Made by a program: the position numbers and the translations under genes. The notes under the pieces are model-generated. The model had not been told where the DNA came from, made no database searches, and saw only the letters and a list, made by a program, of their open reading frames with translations. Below, one piece after another: positions 42,041 to 53,592 of a DNA stretch of 64,000 nt; the first letter of the stretch is position 1; each line of letters opens with the position of its first letter. Source of the DNA: Candidatus Ozemobacteraceae bacterium (GTDB lineage: Bacteria > Muiribacteriota > Ozemobacteria > Ozemobacterales > Ozemobacteraceae); assembly GCA_965140445.1 (NCBI GenBank), contig OZ223236.1:2496001-2560000 (forward strand), in the 5' to 3' direction.

Positions 42041-44122
42041 ATGGAAAAGAATTTGAAGTGTTCCGAAGGGATCATAAAAAACTCAAAAAATCCCAGCTTA
42101 GCTATAATGCTGATAATAGGCTTTTTGCCAATTTTAGTCCTATGGCTTTGTGGTTTCTTTTTCTGGTCGCACAGTAATGATAGAAAAAACACGTCCTCGA
42201 TTAAGCAGCTTAGAAAGCACTTAAATCAAATAAAAAGAGAAGGCGGAAACCATTTTTATATTCAAAATCGCCTCAATCGCGTTTACGGTTTGCTTTCAGA
42301 AAATACCCTGAGTTCAGCGGCTTTTGAGTCAGCTATGAATCGATTGAATGAGGATGGGCTTGGCTTCCTCAAAATTCACTTTTTTAACAGTAAAGCTGAA
42401 CTTATTAATTTGAAGGGATCGTCTAAAAAATACAGGAGTTTGATTTCCAAAGTATTTAAAGCAATTTCTCAACCAGAGTTGGAGAATGATAGTTCTCTAC
42501 TTGAAAAATACAAGGCTTTTATTTCGAATTTCCTTGGTGAAATTGATCCTGGAGAAGTTGTTTACGAGAAATCTTCTCTGCTTAAGGTAAAGATTGTAGG
42601 AAAATCGGGTTTTTTTTATTGGAATACATTTTATGATAAATCGCGAGGCGAAAAGTTTTCTGGAGGCATGCTTGCATATTTTCTTGAGAGTGATTTAAAC
42701 GAGGATTTTGCCTTAAATTCGCTAATTGGAAAAAGTAATCGTTTAGCTTCTAATAAAATGTTTATGGGAATACTTGATGAACGTTCAAGTAACTCAAAGC
42801 TGGCAAAGAAACTTTCTGGTTCTGGGTGTAAATTAAATGTGCAGGAATTGCTGGATCATGTTAAAGGCATGCGTAGTCGTTTTGAGAGCGTTTTAATGCT
42901 TGAAGATTCTATTCTTGTTGTGAATAGTATATCTGCAGTAAAAACCCTTTTTGTCATAGAGAAAACATTGAATGGAAGGGAAAAAGAGTTTTTTTTCTGG
43001 CTGAAGTTGATTTCAATGATTTTTCTATTAGGGATTACAGGTCATTACTTCAATTTAAAAAGTTTGAATAGTGAAGTAAGAGAACAGGAGATTTTAAAAC
43101 TTTCGTTCGGTGTAACTTTTGCTATGCCATTGCTGATTATTTTTGTTCTAGGTTTGCAGAGCCAGATAGCTTTTCGCGACTTGCAGATCCAAGATAATCT
43201 TGAAAAGCTGGTTTCTTTTATAGAAAGCGTAGACGAGAATTTTAGCGGTGCTGTTTATCGTTTGGAAAAAAGCTATCAGAAATTTGCAAAATCTATTGAG
43301 GAAACCGACTTAAGTTCGCAGTCAAGCGCAAAAAGTCTTAATCGATTTTGCAAGTCCAACCACGTCTCTCAACTATTTATAGTTGATAAAAATGGTCGAT
43401 TTAAGTTCAGCTATTCTGAAAACAAAAGTATTTTAATGTTTCTGGAAAAGTTTGTTCCGACACTTGCACGTAAGCTTTTTGCTCTTAAAAAAGGGGAAAA
43501 GAGTTCTTTCAAAAACCAGGTTAATGACATGATGGTTGAAAAGATTAGCGAGAATTTTTCTGAATTTTTTTCTGCAGGTTCTGGAAAATCTTCATTTATA
43601 AAGGCTTTTGAAGATTCTGGAAGAATTAGTGAATTTTGGATGGCGAACAAACGCTATTACGTGTTTTCTTCCTTTATAGAAATGGGAAATGGAAAGCCGC
43701 CATTGATGATGTTTATCTGGCAAGGGACAACAAATCTTTCTAAGAACTATTTAAAAAGTGAATTAGATAAAAATTTCCAGAACAATTTTAAAAAACAGTA
43801 TATATCCCTTGCTATGGTTCCAAAGAAAAAGGATGCCATGCCATTTCCACCCGAATTTTCGAAGTATTCTTTCGTTAATCGGATGATGGATAAGGTCCTG
43901 GAAACAAACTCTCAACAGCTTGGTGTTGAAACCATCAGTGGAGAGAATTGGTTGGTAGCGGCCTCTCCTTTAAAACAAATTCCAGAATATGTTTTGTTTG
44001 CTGTGTACCCCGAAAGTTTGGTGCAGAAAAAAATAGACAAAAATGGGGCGCTTTTGCTAGCGCTGTTTTTGTTATGTTTTTCGATGACGATTTTTTGTTA
44101 TAAAGTCTCCTACAAAAAATAA
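42041..44122 (+). CDS. Multi-TM protein with two large extracytoplasmic sensor-like regions
   Basis: TM-loop-TM-TM-loop-TM hydrophobicity pattern; ends just after the last TM helix. Confidence 0.65.
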   Translation: MEKNLKCSEGIIKNSKNPSLAIMLIIGFLPILVLWLCGFFFWSHSNDRKNTSSIKQLRKHLNQIKREGGNHFYIQNRLNRVYGLLSENTLSSAAFESAMNRLNEDGLGFLKIHFFNSKAELINLKGSSKKYRSLISKVFKAISQPELENDSSLLEKYKAFISNFLGEIDPGEVVYEKSSLLKVKIVGKSGFFYWNTFYDKSRGEKFSGGMLAYFLESDLNEDFALNSLIGKSNRLASNKMFMGILDERSSNSKLAKKLSGSGCKLNVQELLDHVKGMRSRFESVLMLEDSILVVNSISAVKTLFVIEKTLNGREKEFFFWLKLISMIFLLGITGHYFNLKSLNSEVREQEILKLSFGVTFAMPLLIIFVLGLQSQIAFRDLQIQDNLEKLVSFIESVDENFSGAVYRLEKSYQKFAKSIEETDLSSQSSAKSLNRFCKSNHVSQLFIVDKNGRFKFSYSENKSILMFLEKFVPTLARKLFALKKGEKSSFKNQVNDMMVEKISENFSEFFSAGSGKSSFIKAFEDSGRISEFWMANKRYYVFSSFIEMGNGKPPLMMFIWQGTTNLSKNYLKSELDKNFQNNFKKQYISLAMVPKKKDAMPFPPEFSKYSFVNRMMDKVLETNSQQLGVETISGENWLVAASPLKQIPEYVLFAVYPESLVQKKIDKNGALLLALFLLCFSMTIFCYKVSYKK

Positions 44123-44188
44123 TATTGACTAATTATTTGATGTCTGTTAAGATACCTGACTTAGCCTGCCGCTATAAGGTTTAATTGA

Positions 44189-45979
44189 TTGGTCAGGGGT
44201 ACATTTTTGGGTTTTATTTCCAGCGACATAATTGCAGAAATAAGAGATCGGATTGACATCGTCCAGATTATTGGAGAGCATGTACGGTTAGTTCCATCAG
44301 GAAATAGCTACAAAGCGCTGTGCCCGTTACACAAGGAAAAAACTCCAAGCTTTCATGTTGTACCAGACAAACAAATATTTCATTGTTTTGGTTGTGGAAA
44401 AGGCGGAGATGTTTTTGCATTTTTAATGGAACTTGAGAAAATGCCGTTTCCTGAGGCTGTTAGGTTTCTAGCATCTCGCATCGGTTTAGATGTTGATGCC
44501 GGAGAAGATTCTGATCTTGAAAAGAAACACGCTGTTTATGATGTTCTTGGAAAAGTTGCCAATTTTTACGCTTCATGTCTCCTGGATTCCAAAAATGGCG
44601 AGATTGCCCGAGATTACCTAAAAAAGAGAAAGTTGGCTTCTGAAACCGTTGCTACATTTAAGATTGGTTATGCTCCAGATTCATGGGACGCGGTGACCTC
44701 TAGATTTGGCAAGTCTCAAGAAGATCTTTTGCTTCTTGAAAGAGCTGGATTAGTGAAACCAAGAAATACCGGAAGCGGTTTTTACGATGTTTTTAGAAGT
44801 CGTTTAATGATTCCAATTTTAGATGTTCATGGAAGAGTCGCCGGTTTTGGTGGAAGGGTTTTAAAAGCAGACGATGAGCCAAAATATTTAAATAGCTCGG
44901 AAGGGGAAACCTTCAACAAGAGAAAAATGCTTTTTAATTTTAGAGAAGCATTGCCTTCAATCAGAAGACTAAATTCTACTATCGTGGTTGAAGGGTATCT
45001 TGATGTTATTAGTTTGAGTCAACATGGAATTAAGAACGTTGTTGCCACCCTTGGAACAGCAATTACAGCAGAGCAGATAAGCATGTTGGCGAGAAATTGT
45101 GAAACGGTGTTCTTTTGCTACGATGCCGATACAGCAGGCCAAAGGGCTACACTTAGGGCAATTACAATGCAGAAAGAAACACCAATCAATGCAAGGATAA
45201 TTGCTTTTCCTGACGCAAAGGATGATCCAGACAGCTTTGTTGCCAGGGAAGGTGCAGATAGCTTTAAAAAACTACTTGATAAAGCTATAGATATTTATAC
45301 TTTTCTCATTGATACTCATACGCGTGGTCTTAAGCCCCCCCTTGAAATTCCAGTAAAAGAACGCCTGATTCAGGAGTTCAGAGAGTTGATCCCAGCAATT
45401 CACAGTTCAATTGCGAGAAGCGAAGTTATACGGAAAATCTCGAAACTGTTGGATATGGATCCTCTTGTTCTGGAAAAGGAATTCGAGGGTAAGGATGTGC
45501 CCCGTGAATTTGAGACAAGAAGGAAAAGAAATCAGATATCGCCCCTTCTGAACGCAGAAGTTCAGAGACAGGAATGGATTCTGAAGTATCTTTTGGAGCA
45601 TCCAGAAGAATTGGAGAGAGTAAAGGCTTTGCTAAGTCCCTCAGACTTTTCAGACACCCGGCTAAGAAAATTATTTGAAGCAATAAGCTTTCAACAAGAA
45701 GCCGCAGGTGGATCTTTAAGGCCAGCTGAGATATTGGCAAACCTGGATGAGCCTGGTTTGGTTTCCAGATTGAGTGAGTTAATTACTACTCTTGAAGATA
45801 AACCTCCAGAGCCCTTTATGGATTGCGTAAAAGGACTGGTCAGATGCAGATTGGACGCTGAATCAAAATTGTTTCAGAAGAAAATCCAGGAAGCAGAAGC
45901 CAGGGGTGATGAAAATGAGATCGCGCGCCTCACGCTGGAACAAGTTCAACTGAAGCGCAAAGTGAGTATGCTTAATTGA
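44189..45979 (+). CDS. dnaG: DNA primase
   Basis: [11 protein letters not shown]...CFGC, PKYLNS and VEGYLDV; true start may be the TTG at 44207. Confidence 0.97.
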   Translation: MVRGTFLGFISSDIIAEIRDRIDIVQIIGEHVRLVPSGNSYKALCPLHKEKTPSFHVVPDKQIFHCFGCGKGGDVFAFLMELEKMPFPEAVRFLASRIGLDVDAGEDSDLEKKHAVYDVLGKVANFYASCLLDSKNGEIARDYLKKRKLASETVATFKIGYAPDSWDAVTSRFGKSQEDLLLLERAGLVKPRNTGSGFYDVFRSRLMIPILDVHGRVAGFGGRVLKADDEPKYLNSSEGETFNKRKMLFNFREALPSIRRLNSTIVVEGYLDVISLSQHGIKNVVATLGTAITAEQISMLARNCETVFFCYDADTAGQRATLRAITMQKETPINARIIAFPDAKDDPDSFVAREGADSFKKLLDKAIDIYTFLIDTHTRGLKPPLEIPVKERLIQEFRELIPAIHSSIARSEVIRKISKLLDMDPLVLEKEFEGKDVPREFETRRKRNQISPLLNAEVQRQEWILKYLLEHPEELERVKALLSPSDFSDTRLRKLFEAISFQQEAAGGSLRPAEILANLDEPGLVSRLSELITTLEDKPPEPFMDCVKGLVRCRLDAESKLFQKKIQEAEARGDENEIARLTLEQVQLKRKVSMLN

Positions 45980-46004
45980 AAGCCTGAGTCGAGGAAACAA
46001 ATAT

Positions 46005-47138
46005 ATGGCTACAGAACAGGTAAAAGAGAAAGTCGCTAAGACTTCTAAGAAGAAAGATAAGAGACCTCTGGAGGAAATCCGGGCCGAACTTATAGAAATT
46101 GGTGAAGATCAAGGTTATTTGTCCTATCAGACAATTAACAAGGCTCTGCCGGATGGTTTGCCGACTGAGATATTCGAAGAAGTAATTAACGAATTAATGG
46201 AAAAAAATGTCGAGCTGGTTGACGATGACGAAGTTAAGCTCGATAAAAAGGTTCCTGTTGCAGATGGTAAGAAAGAAGAACCAGAAAAACAGCAGCAGGA
46301 CTTTGATGATATTGATGATTCTGTCAGAGTTTATCTGAGAGAAATTGGTAAAATCAGATTACTTACAATGCAAGAAGAAGTAACTCTTGCTAAAAGAATC
46401 GAACACGGTGATCAGGAAGCTCAGAGGAAACTCATCGAAGCTAACTTGAGACTGGTTGTGTCGGTTGCCAAAAAATACACCAAAAGAGGGCTGTTGTTTC
46501 TTGATTTGATTCAAGAAGGCAATCAGGGCCTTATAAGAGCGGTTGAAAAATTTAAATACCGAAAAGGTTATAAGTTTTCAACTTATGCTATCTGGTGGAT
46601 TAGACAGGCTATTACTCGTGCTATTGCTGATCAGGCAAGGACGATAAGAATTCCTGTTCATATGGTTGAAACAATTAATAAACTTCGAAAGGCTTCAAGA
46701 AAGCTAGTTCAAAAACTTGGTCGCGATCCAGCGATTGAAGAATTGGCAGCAGAAGTTGGATTACCGGTAGAAAAAGTTAAAAATATAATGAAAACTGCCA
46801 TGGATCCAATTTCCCTTGAAACTCCAATTAATGGTGAAGAAGATTCTCATCTTGGAGACTTTGTTGAAGATAAATCTGCTTTGCCGCCAGCGGAAACAGC
46901 TTTTAATCTTATTCTTAAGGAACAGATTAATAAAGTTCTTGCAACCCTTACTGAACGAGAATCTAGAGTTATTAAATACAGATTTGGTCTTGAAGATGGT
47001 TGGCAAAGAACGCTCGAAGAAGTTGGGCAGAAATTTGGAGTTACAAGAGAAAGAATTCGTCAAATCGAAGCAAAAGCGCTTAGAAAGCTGCGTCATCCAA
47101 GCCGTTCTAAAAAACTTAAAGAATTCTACATGGAATAA
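46005..47138 (+). CDS. rpoD: Primary sigma factor RpoD/SigA
   Basis: [30 protein letters not shown] and TRERIRQIE motifs. Confidence 0.98.
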   Translation: MATEQVKEKVAKTSKKKDKRPLEEIRAELIEIGEDQGYLSYQTINKALPDGLPTEIFEEVINELMEKNVELVDDDEVKLDKKVPVADGKKEEPEKQQQDFDDIDDSVRVYLREIGKIRLLTMQEEVTLAKRIEHGDQEAQRKLIEANLRLVVSVAKKYTKRGLLFLDLIQEGNQGLIRAVEKFKYRKGYKFSTYAIWWIRQAITRAIADQARTIRIPVHMVETINKLRKASRKLVQKLGRDPAIEELAAEVGLPVEKVKNIMKTAMDPISLETPINGEEDSHLGDFVEDKSALPPAETAFNLILKEQINKVLATLTERESRVIKYRFGLEDGWQRTLEEVGQKFGVTRERIRQIEAKALRKLRHPSRSKKLKEFYME

Positions 47139-47191
47139 AAAAAAATGCTTGCATTTGGAAAAATGGTGTGTTAAGATATTTTTCACATCGA

Positions 47192-47265
47192 GGGCCTATA
47201 GCTCAGTTGGTTAGAGCCTCCGGCTCATAACCGGATGGTCCCTGGTTCGAGTCCAGGTGGGCCCA
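47192..47265 (+). tRNA. tRNA with CAT anticodon, probably Ile2 (lysidine type)
   Basis: Cloverleaf GGGCCTA/TGGGCCC; anticodon loop CTCATAA; GGTTCGAGTCC; no encoded CCA. Confidence 0.9.
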
Positions 47266-47286
47266 CACTCTCGATGCATACGTCCT

Positions 47287-47359
<73 letters not shown>

Positions 47360-47408
47360 TACGCAAATATAGGCTGGTTTAATCGCCGGTCAGGTAATAT
47401 ATTTACCT

Positions 47409-47481
<73 letters not shown>

Positions 47482-47607
47482 ATTGACCAAAACACCGGGA
47501 ATCTTATTAAAGATTTCCGGTTTGTTTTTTTTAGCTTTGTATCTTGCGGCTTTTAAAAAAATCTTATACAATTACAAAATAAGTTTTAATAAGTACGGAG
47601 GGTGTAC

Positions 47608-49248
47608 ATGAAGAAGATTTTCGCAGTCGCTTTGGGAGCGGCCTTTTGTTGTTCACAGGCTTTTGCTTTTGACGTATCTCCTACACAGATCAATTCTGGT
47701 GTAAAGTCAAACAAAAAGGTACAGGTCAATTCAGATTTTATCCGCAAAGTATTTTCAAACAAATCATTTTCAACAGGTATTGAAGTTATTTCAGTAACAG
47801 AAGATGGTAACAGACTCTCAAGTGCAATGGGAGAACTCTCTTCTCCATTACAGGGCGATATTGTTGAATCAGCTCTCAATTATGTTCTTGATAATAGTGC
47901 ACTATTTAATTTGCCAAAAACAAGAGACGTTGAAATGCTCAGACCAGTTAAGGTCAGCCAGGAAAACAATGGTATTAAACATGTTACTTTCCAGATGGTA
48001 CTTGACGGAGTAGAAGTTCATGAAGCCAAAATCGAACTCCACATTAATGCAGACAACGTTGTTAGACTCGCTCATGGTTCACTTCCAGAAGTAAATGAAA
48101 TTTCTAACCAAATTGTGTTAGGAAAATATCAAGCTATTGGTCAGGCTCGTGTAGCAATCAAAGCCAATAAATTCCGTGCTGTTCCTAGTGCTGAATTAAA
48201 GATTTTCCCAACAACTCGTGGTGAAGCAAAAATGGTTTATGTAACTAGACTTTCAGTTGAGGAACCAATTGGCGATTACGAAGTTATCGTTGATGCTGAA
48301 ACAGGCGATGTTCTTTATATGAACAATGAAATGAATTTTGCTACTGGTCGTGGTGCTGTATATGTTACTAACCCAACTGATTGTGATGTAACTGAAGAAC
48401 CTCTTTATAACCTTACTTCACACAATCCAACCGGTAAATTCGCTAAAATCGTTAATGAAGATACTTCTGAATCAATGAATGAAGATGATGTTCATATTTA
48501 TGAACCAAATAACACTCATTTTGATGAAATCAACATGTATAACTATATCAACGCAGTTCATGATTTTTATACCACTCTTGGTTTAACTGCTCTTGATAGA
48601 CCAATGCAGGCAACTGTTCACCTTGGTGACAATTATGATAACGCATACTTCAGCCCTTGGCAGAACGCTTTTGCGTTTGGTGATGGTAGCAGATTCAATG
48701 ATTTAGCCAAAGAAGCAAGTATTGCTTATCATGAGTATTCACATGCAGCAATTAACACAATTATTTCACTAACTTACAGTGCAGAGTCTGGAGCAATCAA
48801 TGAAGGTCAGGCTGACTATTTTGCTTGTTCTATAACAAATGATTCAAAACTTGGAGAATGGGCTGTTGCAAAAATGGGCAAACCTTTCCTGAGAAACGTT
48901 GAAAACACTCTCCATTACCCTGAAGACATTCATGGCGAAGTTCATGCTGATGGTAAAATTTGGGGAGCAGTTTTGTGGGATATCAGAAAAGCTGTTGGTA
49001 AAGCAGTAGCTGATAAGCTCATTTTTAGAAGTCATCATTATCTTAAAAGCGGCAGAGCAACATTTATGGATGCTTATAATGCACTCATAGCTGCTGACGC
49101 TGAAGAATTTGGTGGCAAAAATGCAGAAGCCCTTCATAAAGTTATGGCTGGACGTGGAATTGGCGCAGCTAGCTACAATGGTGCTGTATTGACTGCTGAT
49201 GATCTTGGAAGCATGAAGAAATTCATGGAAGTTCATAACGAACTATAA
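47608..49248 (+). CDS. Secreted M4/M36-type zinc metalloprotease with FTP/PepSY propeptide
   Basis: Signal peptide; DNAYF, HEYSH, GAINEGQADYFA and EVHADG motifs. Confidence 0.92.
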   Translation: MKKIFAVALGAAFCCSQAFAFDVSPTQINSGVKSNKKVQVNSDFIRKVFSNKSFSTGIEVISVTEDGNRLSSAMGELSSPLQGDIVESALNYVLDNSALFNLPKTRDVEMLRPVKVSQENNGIKHVTFQMVLDGVEVHEAKIELHINADNVVRLAHGSLPEVNEISNQIVLGKYQAIGQARVAIKANKFRAVPSAELKIFPTTRGEAKMVYVTRLSVEEPIGDYEVIVDAETGDVLYMNNEMNFATGRGAVYVTNPTDCDVTEEPLYNLTSHNPTGKFAKIVNEDTSESMNEDDVHIYEPNNTHFDEINMYNYINAVHDFYTTLGLTALDRPMQATVHLGDNYDNAYFSPWQNAFAFGDGSRFNDLAKEASIAYHEYSHAAINTIISLTYSAESGAINEGQADYFACSITNDSKLGEWAVAKMGKPFLRNVENTLHYPEDIHGEVHADGKIWGAVLWDIRKAVGKAVADKLIFRSHHYLKSGRATFMDAYNALIAADAEEFGGKNAEALHKVMAGRGIGAASYNGAVLTADDLGSMKKFMEVHNEL

Positions 49249-49260
49249 TCTAAGTTATTA

Positions 49261-49296
49261 AAAAGCGGGGGAACTAGTTTCCCCCGCTTTTTTTTT
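49261..49296 (+). terminator. Intrinsic terminator
   Basis: AAAAGCGGGGGAA...TTCCCCCGCTTTT. Confidence 0.85.
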
Positions 49297-49385
49297 CTTA
49301 ATTCGAGATTTTTCTTTTATTTACCGTTCTTTTGCTATAGAATACCCTTTCAAATTTTGAATCTATATCCACTCAGGGGAAAAAA

Positions 49386-50639
49386 ATGAGTTATTGCGTA
49401 TTTTGCGGAAAAGATCTTCGTCAGGGTGGCGATTTTGTTAGAAATACCGACGGTGTTATTTTATGTAAAACCTGTGTTGGCTCAGCCAAAGATGTTTTTA
49501 CCAGAAAAGATGCCAGCCTGAAAAATAGTGTGCAACCAGGGGTTGCTGAAGGCAAAGTAGACCTTAAGCAGATCGTTAATGATTATTCACCTCAGAAAAT
49601 TTATGATGCACTTTCTGATTACGTAATTGGTCAGGAAACAGCCAAAAAAGTAATTTCACTAGCGGTTTATAATCACTACAAAATTTTGTCATTGATTGAC
49701 CAGACAGATATTGAATTTGAAAAATCCAATATTTTATTACTTGGCCCAACTGGTAGCGGGAAAACACTTTTGGCCAGGACTCTTTCTAAGATCTTAAAAG
49801 TTCCTTTTGCAATTGGGGATTGTACTAGCTTCACTGAAGCGGGATATGTGGGCGATGATGTTGAAAATGTTCTTCTTTCATTGCTTATCGATGCCAATTA
49901 TGAGGCTGAAGAAGCTCAAAAAGGTATAATTTATCTTGATGAAATAGATAAAAAAACCAAATCTTCCAGCAACGTTTCCATTTCGAGAGACGTTTCAGGT
50001 GAGGGTGTTCAGCAGGCCTTTCTAAAACTTATAGAAGGCACAGTGGCAAATGTTCCTCTTACTGCAGGAAGAAAAAACCCTATGTCTCAGCAAATGGTTA
50101 AGCTGGATACCAGACATATCCTGTTTATCTGCGGTGGAGCATTTGTAGGTCTTGAAAAAATTATTGAAAAAAGAATTAGAAAAGATTTAAGTATTGGTTT
50201 TAATACTGATCCACAGCCAAAGAATAAAGCTGATGCTGCCCTATTTCATAAGGTTGAGGCCGAAGACTTGATGGAATATGGTTTCATTCCAGAATTTATT
50301 GGTCGATTACCAGTTAAAGTTGCTTTAAAAGGTCTTGGCAGAGATGAATTTATTCGAATTCTACGCGAACCTAAAAATGCGATTATTCGCCAATATGGAA
50401 AACTTTGTGAAATGGATGGCTGCGAATTAACTTTCGCCCAGGACGGGCTTGAAAAAATAGTTGATGTTGCTCTTGCAAGAAAAACAGGGGCCAGAGGGCT
50501 AAGAGCCGTTTTTGAGCGCATTTTAAGGAATGACATGTTCTCTTTAAGAGAAACTCAGTTAAAAAATCTAAACATCGATGAGAAATATGTTGAGAAACAG
50601 CTTAACGATGATAGCGATGAGTCAGTTGCTTCAGTTTAA
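49386..50639 (+). CDS. clpX: ATP-dependent Clp protease ATPase subunit ClpX
   Basis: N-terminal C4 zinc finger; GPTGSGKT, GYVG, RDVSGEGVQQ and IGF loop. Confidence 0.96.
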   Translation: MSYCVFCGKDLRQGGDFVRNTDGVILCKTCVGSAKDVFTRKDASLKNSVQPGVAEGKVDLKQIVNDYSPQKIYDALSDYVIGQETAKKVISLAVYNHYKILSLIDQTDIEFEKSNILLLGPTGSGKTLLARTLSKILKVPFAIGDCTSFTEAGYVGDDVENVLLSLLIDANYEAEEAQKGIIYLDEIDKKTKSSSNVSISRDVSGEGVQQAFLKLIEGTVANVPLTAGRKNPMSQQMVKLDTRHILFICGGAFVGLEKIIEKRIRKDLSIGFNTDPQPKNKADAALFHKVEAEDLMEYGFIPEFIGRLPVKVALKGLGRDEFIRILREPKNAIIRQYGKLCEMDGCELTFAQDGLEKIVDVALARKTGARGLRAVFERILRNDMFSLRETQLKNLNIDEKYVEKQLNDDSDESVASV

Positions 50640-50647
50640 AGCTTAAG

Positions 50648-51244
50648 CTACTTTCTGATTGTAAGTTCTCCACTAAAAAATTGCTGAATCCTGGCGGAGT
50701 TTTTATAGCCAAGGTTTTCAGCAATTTTTAGTAATTTATCCCTTTTGGCAAATTCCCCATTATAATGGTAAGCAACACTCAGATTAGCTGCAATTCCTGA
50801 ATCATCGGGTCTTAGGTGATAAGCTTTTAAAGCGTTTTCTAAGGCTTCTTTATCTTGAAAGTTTCGCAATTCAATAATTGAAAGGCTTGAAAAAGCCCAA
50901 GGATTTTCAGGGTCAATTCTAAGGGCTTTCAGATAATGCTGTTTTGCTTTTAAATCCTGGTCAAGTTTTCTAAAGACTATGCCTAAACCAATATGGGATT
51001 CTGCATTATTATCATCAAAATTTAGTGATTTTTGGTAGGCTTTTAATGCATCAGTAAGCTTTTCAATTGCATTCATTGCATGGCCAAGAATCGTCCAGCC
51101 AGATGAGGATTCCGGGAATTTATGAAGATACCGGTTTATCTCTTTAATTCCTTTATCCAAGTCGCCTTCATCAATAATTGCTTTAATTTCTTCTATTGAT
51201 AAGGTTTTTATTTTATTTCCTGGGAACTTAATTATCATAAGCAA
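50648..51244 (-). CDS. TPR protein
   Basis: Tandem TPR consensus helices. Confidence 0.8.
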   Translation of the reverse strand: MLMIIKFPGNKIKTLSIEEIKAIIDEGDLDKGIKEINRYLHKFPESSSGWTILGHAMNAIEKLTDALKAYQKSLNFDDNNAESHIGLGIVFRKLDQDLKAKQHYLKALRIDPENPWAFSSLSIIELRNFQDKEALENALKAYHLRPDDSGIAANLSVAYHYNGEFAKRDKLLKIAENLGYKNSARIQQFFSGELTIRK

Positions 51245-51246
51245 AA

Positions 51247-51272
51247 GAGCTGAGTCCGTGAGGACTCAGCTC
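51247..51272 (-). terminator. Probable terminator of pckA
   Basis: GAGCTGAGTCC/GGACTCAGCTC hairpin. Confidence 0.7.
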
Positions 51273-51288
51273 AATAAAACATCCTGTA

Positions 51289-52893
51289 TTAATTAGCAGC
51301 AGAAGCTGATTTTGTCATTGGCCCTGCGCCGATAACTTCTGGTGTTGCCTGAGACTCAAAGCTTTTGAAATTTTTCTGGAACAATTCGGCAAGCTTAAGA
51401 GCTGTTTTTTCGTAATCTTCTTTATTTTTCCAGGTATTCTTTGGAGTAAGAATTTCTGTAGGTACACCATCGCATTGATCAGGTATCTGAAGACCAAATA
51501 TTGGATCAGCGGTATAGGTAACATTTTCTAGTTTGCCTTCGAGGGCGGCTTTAAGAAGTGCCCTTGTATAAGCAATCTTCATTCTACTACCTTCACCGTA
51601 AGCGCCTCCGCTCCAGCCTGTGTTAACAAGCCAAAGTTTGGTGCCATGTTTTTTCATATTTTCTCCCAATAACTTGGCGTAGGTAAAGGGGTGATGAACC
51701 ATGAATGGCGCGCCAAAACAAGCTGAAAAAGTAGCTGTTGGAGCATCAATTCCAGATTCGGTTCCAGCAAGTTTAGCTGTGTAACCGGAAAGGAAATGAT
51801 ACATTGCCTGTTCTGGGGTGAGTTTTGCTATCGGAGGAAGAACTCCAAACGCATCAGCTGCCAGGAAGAAAATATTCTTTGGATGAGCACCGGTGCCTTC
51901 TTGTATGCAGTTGTCAATATGACTGGTAGGGTAGGTTGCCCTTGTGTTTTCTGTTCTGGAATCGTCATCGAAGTCTGGAGTTCTGTTTTCATCTACTATT
52001 ACATTTTCCAGAATTGAGCCAAAGCGTATTGCATCAAAAATTTGAGGCTCTGCTTCCCTTGAAAGCTTAATGGTTTTAGCATAGCAACCGCCTTCAAAGT
52101 TGAAAACTCCATTTTCTGTCCAACCATGTTCGTCATCTCCGATCAGGCGACGAGAAGGGTCTGCAGAAAGAGTGGTTTTACCTGTTCCAGAAAGTCCAAA
52201 AAACAATGCGCTGTCATCATTGTCGCCAACGTTGGCTGAGCAATGCATTGGGAAAATATTTTTTTTGGGTAGCAGATAATTCATGACTGAGAAAATACTT
52301 TTTTTAATTTCTCCGCCGTAGTGAGATCCACCAATTAGAATTAGTTTTTCTACAAAATTAACTACTACAAAAACTTTTGAGTTTAAACCGATTTCTTTCC
52401 AGTTTGGAAGATCGATATCGCAAACATTCAAAACTGTAAAATCTGGAATTTCTTTTATTGCATCTTTGGCTGTTTTATTTATAAATAGGGTGTGGGAAAA
52501 TAATGCATGCCAGGCTTTTTCACAAACTACTCGAACCTGAAGTTGGTGAGTTTTATCAGCACCAGCAAAGCCGTCAAAAACGAAAATATCCTTCTTTTTT
52601 AGATAATTTCTGGCTTCAGTCATTAATTTCTGGTAGATTTCTTCAGAGATTGGTCGGTTGATATCTCCCCACCATACATCATCTGTGCCGATTGTTTTAA
52701 CAATAAATTTATCGTTAGGTGATCGACCAAATCTTTCACCATTATTTTTATCTACCAGGAGCGCGCCATTAGATGCTAGTCTGCCCTCTCCTCTTAGAAT
52801 CGCTTGTTCAACGAGTTCGGGAACAGAAAGATTTCTATTGATGCTTTTAAATTCATTAATTTCCAGATAATTAACACAACTCTGAGAACTCAT
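51289..52893 (-). CDS. pckA: Phosphoenolpyruvate carboxykinase (ATP)
   Basis: GRSPNDK, GLSGTGKTTLS, IGDDEH and NFEGGCYAK motifs; start placed at MSSQ. Confidence 0.97.
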   Translation of the reverse strand: MSSQSCVNYLEINEFKSINRNLSVPELVEQAILRGEGRLASNGALLVDKNNGERFGRSPNDKFIVKTIGTDDVWWGDINRPISEEIYQKLMTEARNYLKKKDIFVFDGFAGADKTHQLQVRVVCEKAWHALFSHTLFINKTAKDAIKEIPDFTVLNVCDIDLPNWKEIGLNSKVFVVVNFVEKLILIGGSHYGGEIKKSIFSVMNYLLPKKNIFPMHCSANVGDNDDSALFFGLSGTGKTTLSADPSRRLIGDDEHGWTENGVFNFEGGCYAKTIKLSREAEPQIFDAIRFGSILENVIVDENRTPDFDDDSRTENTRATYPTSHIDNCIQEGTGAHPKNIFFLAADAFGVLPPIAKLTPEQAMYHFLSGYTAKLAGTESGIDAPTATFSACFGAPFMVHHPFTYAKLLGENMKKHGTKLWLVNTGWSGGAYGEGSRMKIAYTRALLKAALEGKLENVTYTADPIFGLQIPDQCDGVPTEILTPKNTWKNKEDYEKTALKLAELFQKNFKSFESQATPEVIGAGPMTKSASAAN

Positions 52894-53033
52894 TCCTTTT
52901 CTCCTTTTTCTTGAGCATTTGCTCATGCTTTTGCTGAAGTTTAAACCTTTAGATGCAGGCGTGCAAGATTTTTTGCCTAAATTTGAAAGTGTTTAAAATT
53001 TAAGGTATTTTCTATTTATAATGGGGAAATAAA

Positions 53034-53567
53034 ATGAACATAAATGAGGGGCATAGAAGTAGAGTAAAAAAGCGCTTTGACGACGCAGGTCTTGAAGGAT
53101 TTGCTGATCATGAAATCCTTGAATTTTTATTGTTTTATTCAATAACCAGAATTGACACAAAGCCTTTAGCCAAAAGATTGCTTAAGGAATTTGGTTCTAT
53201 TGAGGCTGTTCTATCAGCTTCACCTGAAAAATTATTAAGAGTTCCGGGAATGGGTTCTTCAAGTTCAAGACTGTTTAGCCTTGTAAAAGAATTGTCAAAG
53301 TTTTGTGCAAAAAGAAAAGCATTTGCAGAAAGGCCGGTTATCTCATCTGCTTCAGCGTTAATGGAGTATCTTGGGGTCGCAATGGCAAATCTACCAGAAG
53401 AACAATTCAGGGTTGTATTTTTAGACAATTCAAATCGGGTTATCAGGGAAGAGGTTATGTCGAGTGGGGTTGAAGATCAGACAGCGGTTTATCCAAAAAA
53501 AGTAATGAAGCGGGCTTTGGATTTGCATTCTACCGGCATAATAGTGGTAAATAAAAATACTCTTTGA
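53034..53567 (+). pseudogene. radC: radC 5' part, interrupted by prophage integration
   Basis: GHRSRVK, HEILEFLL, HhH and EEQFRVVFLD; reads GIIVV-NKNTL-stop where HNHPSG and the rest of the JAB domain are expected. Confidence 0.9.
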
Positions 53568-53592
53568 CTGAGTTGAGACTTTTCGTTAGAAT
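53564..53592 (+). promoter_or_regulatory. Sigma70-type promoter of the integrase
   Basis: TTGACT-17 bp-TAGAAT; GGAGG RBS at 53613; ATG at 53624. Confidence 0.7.
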
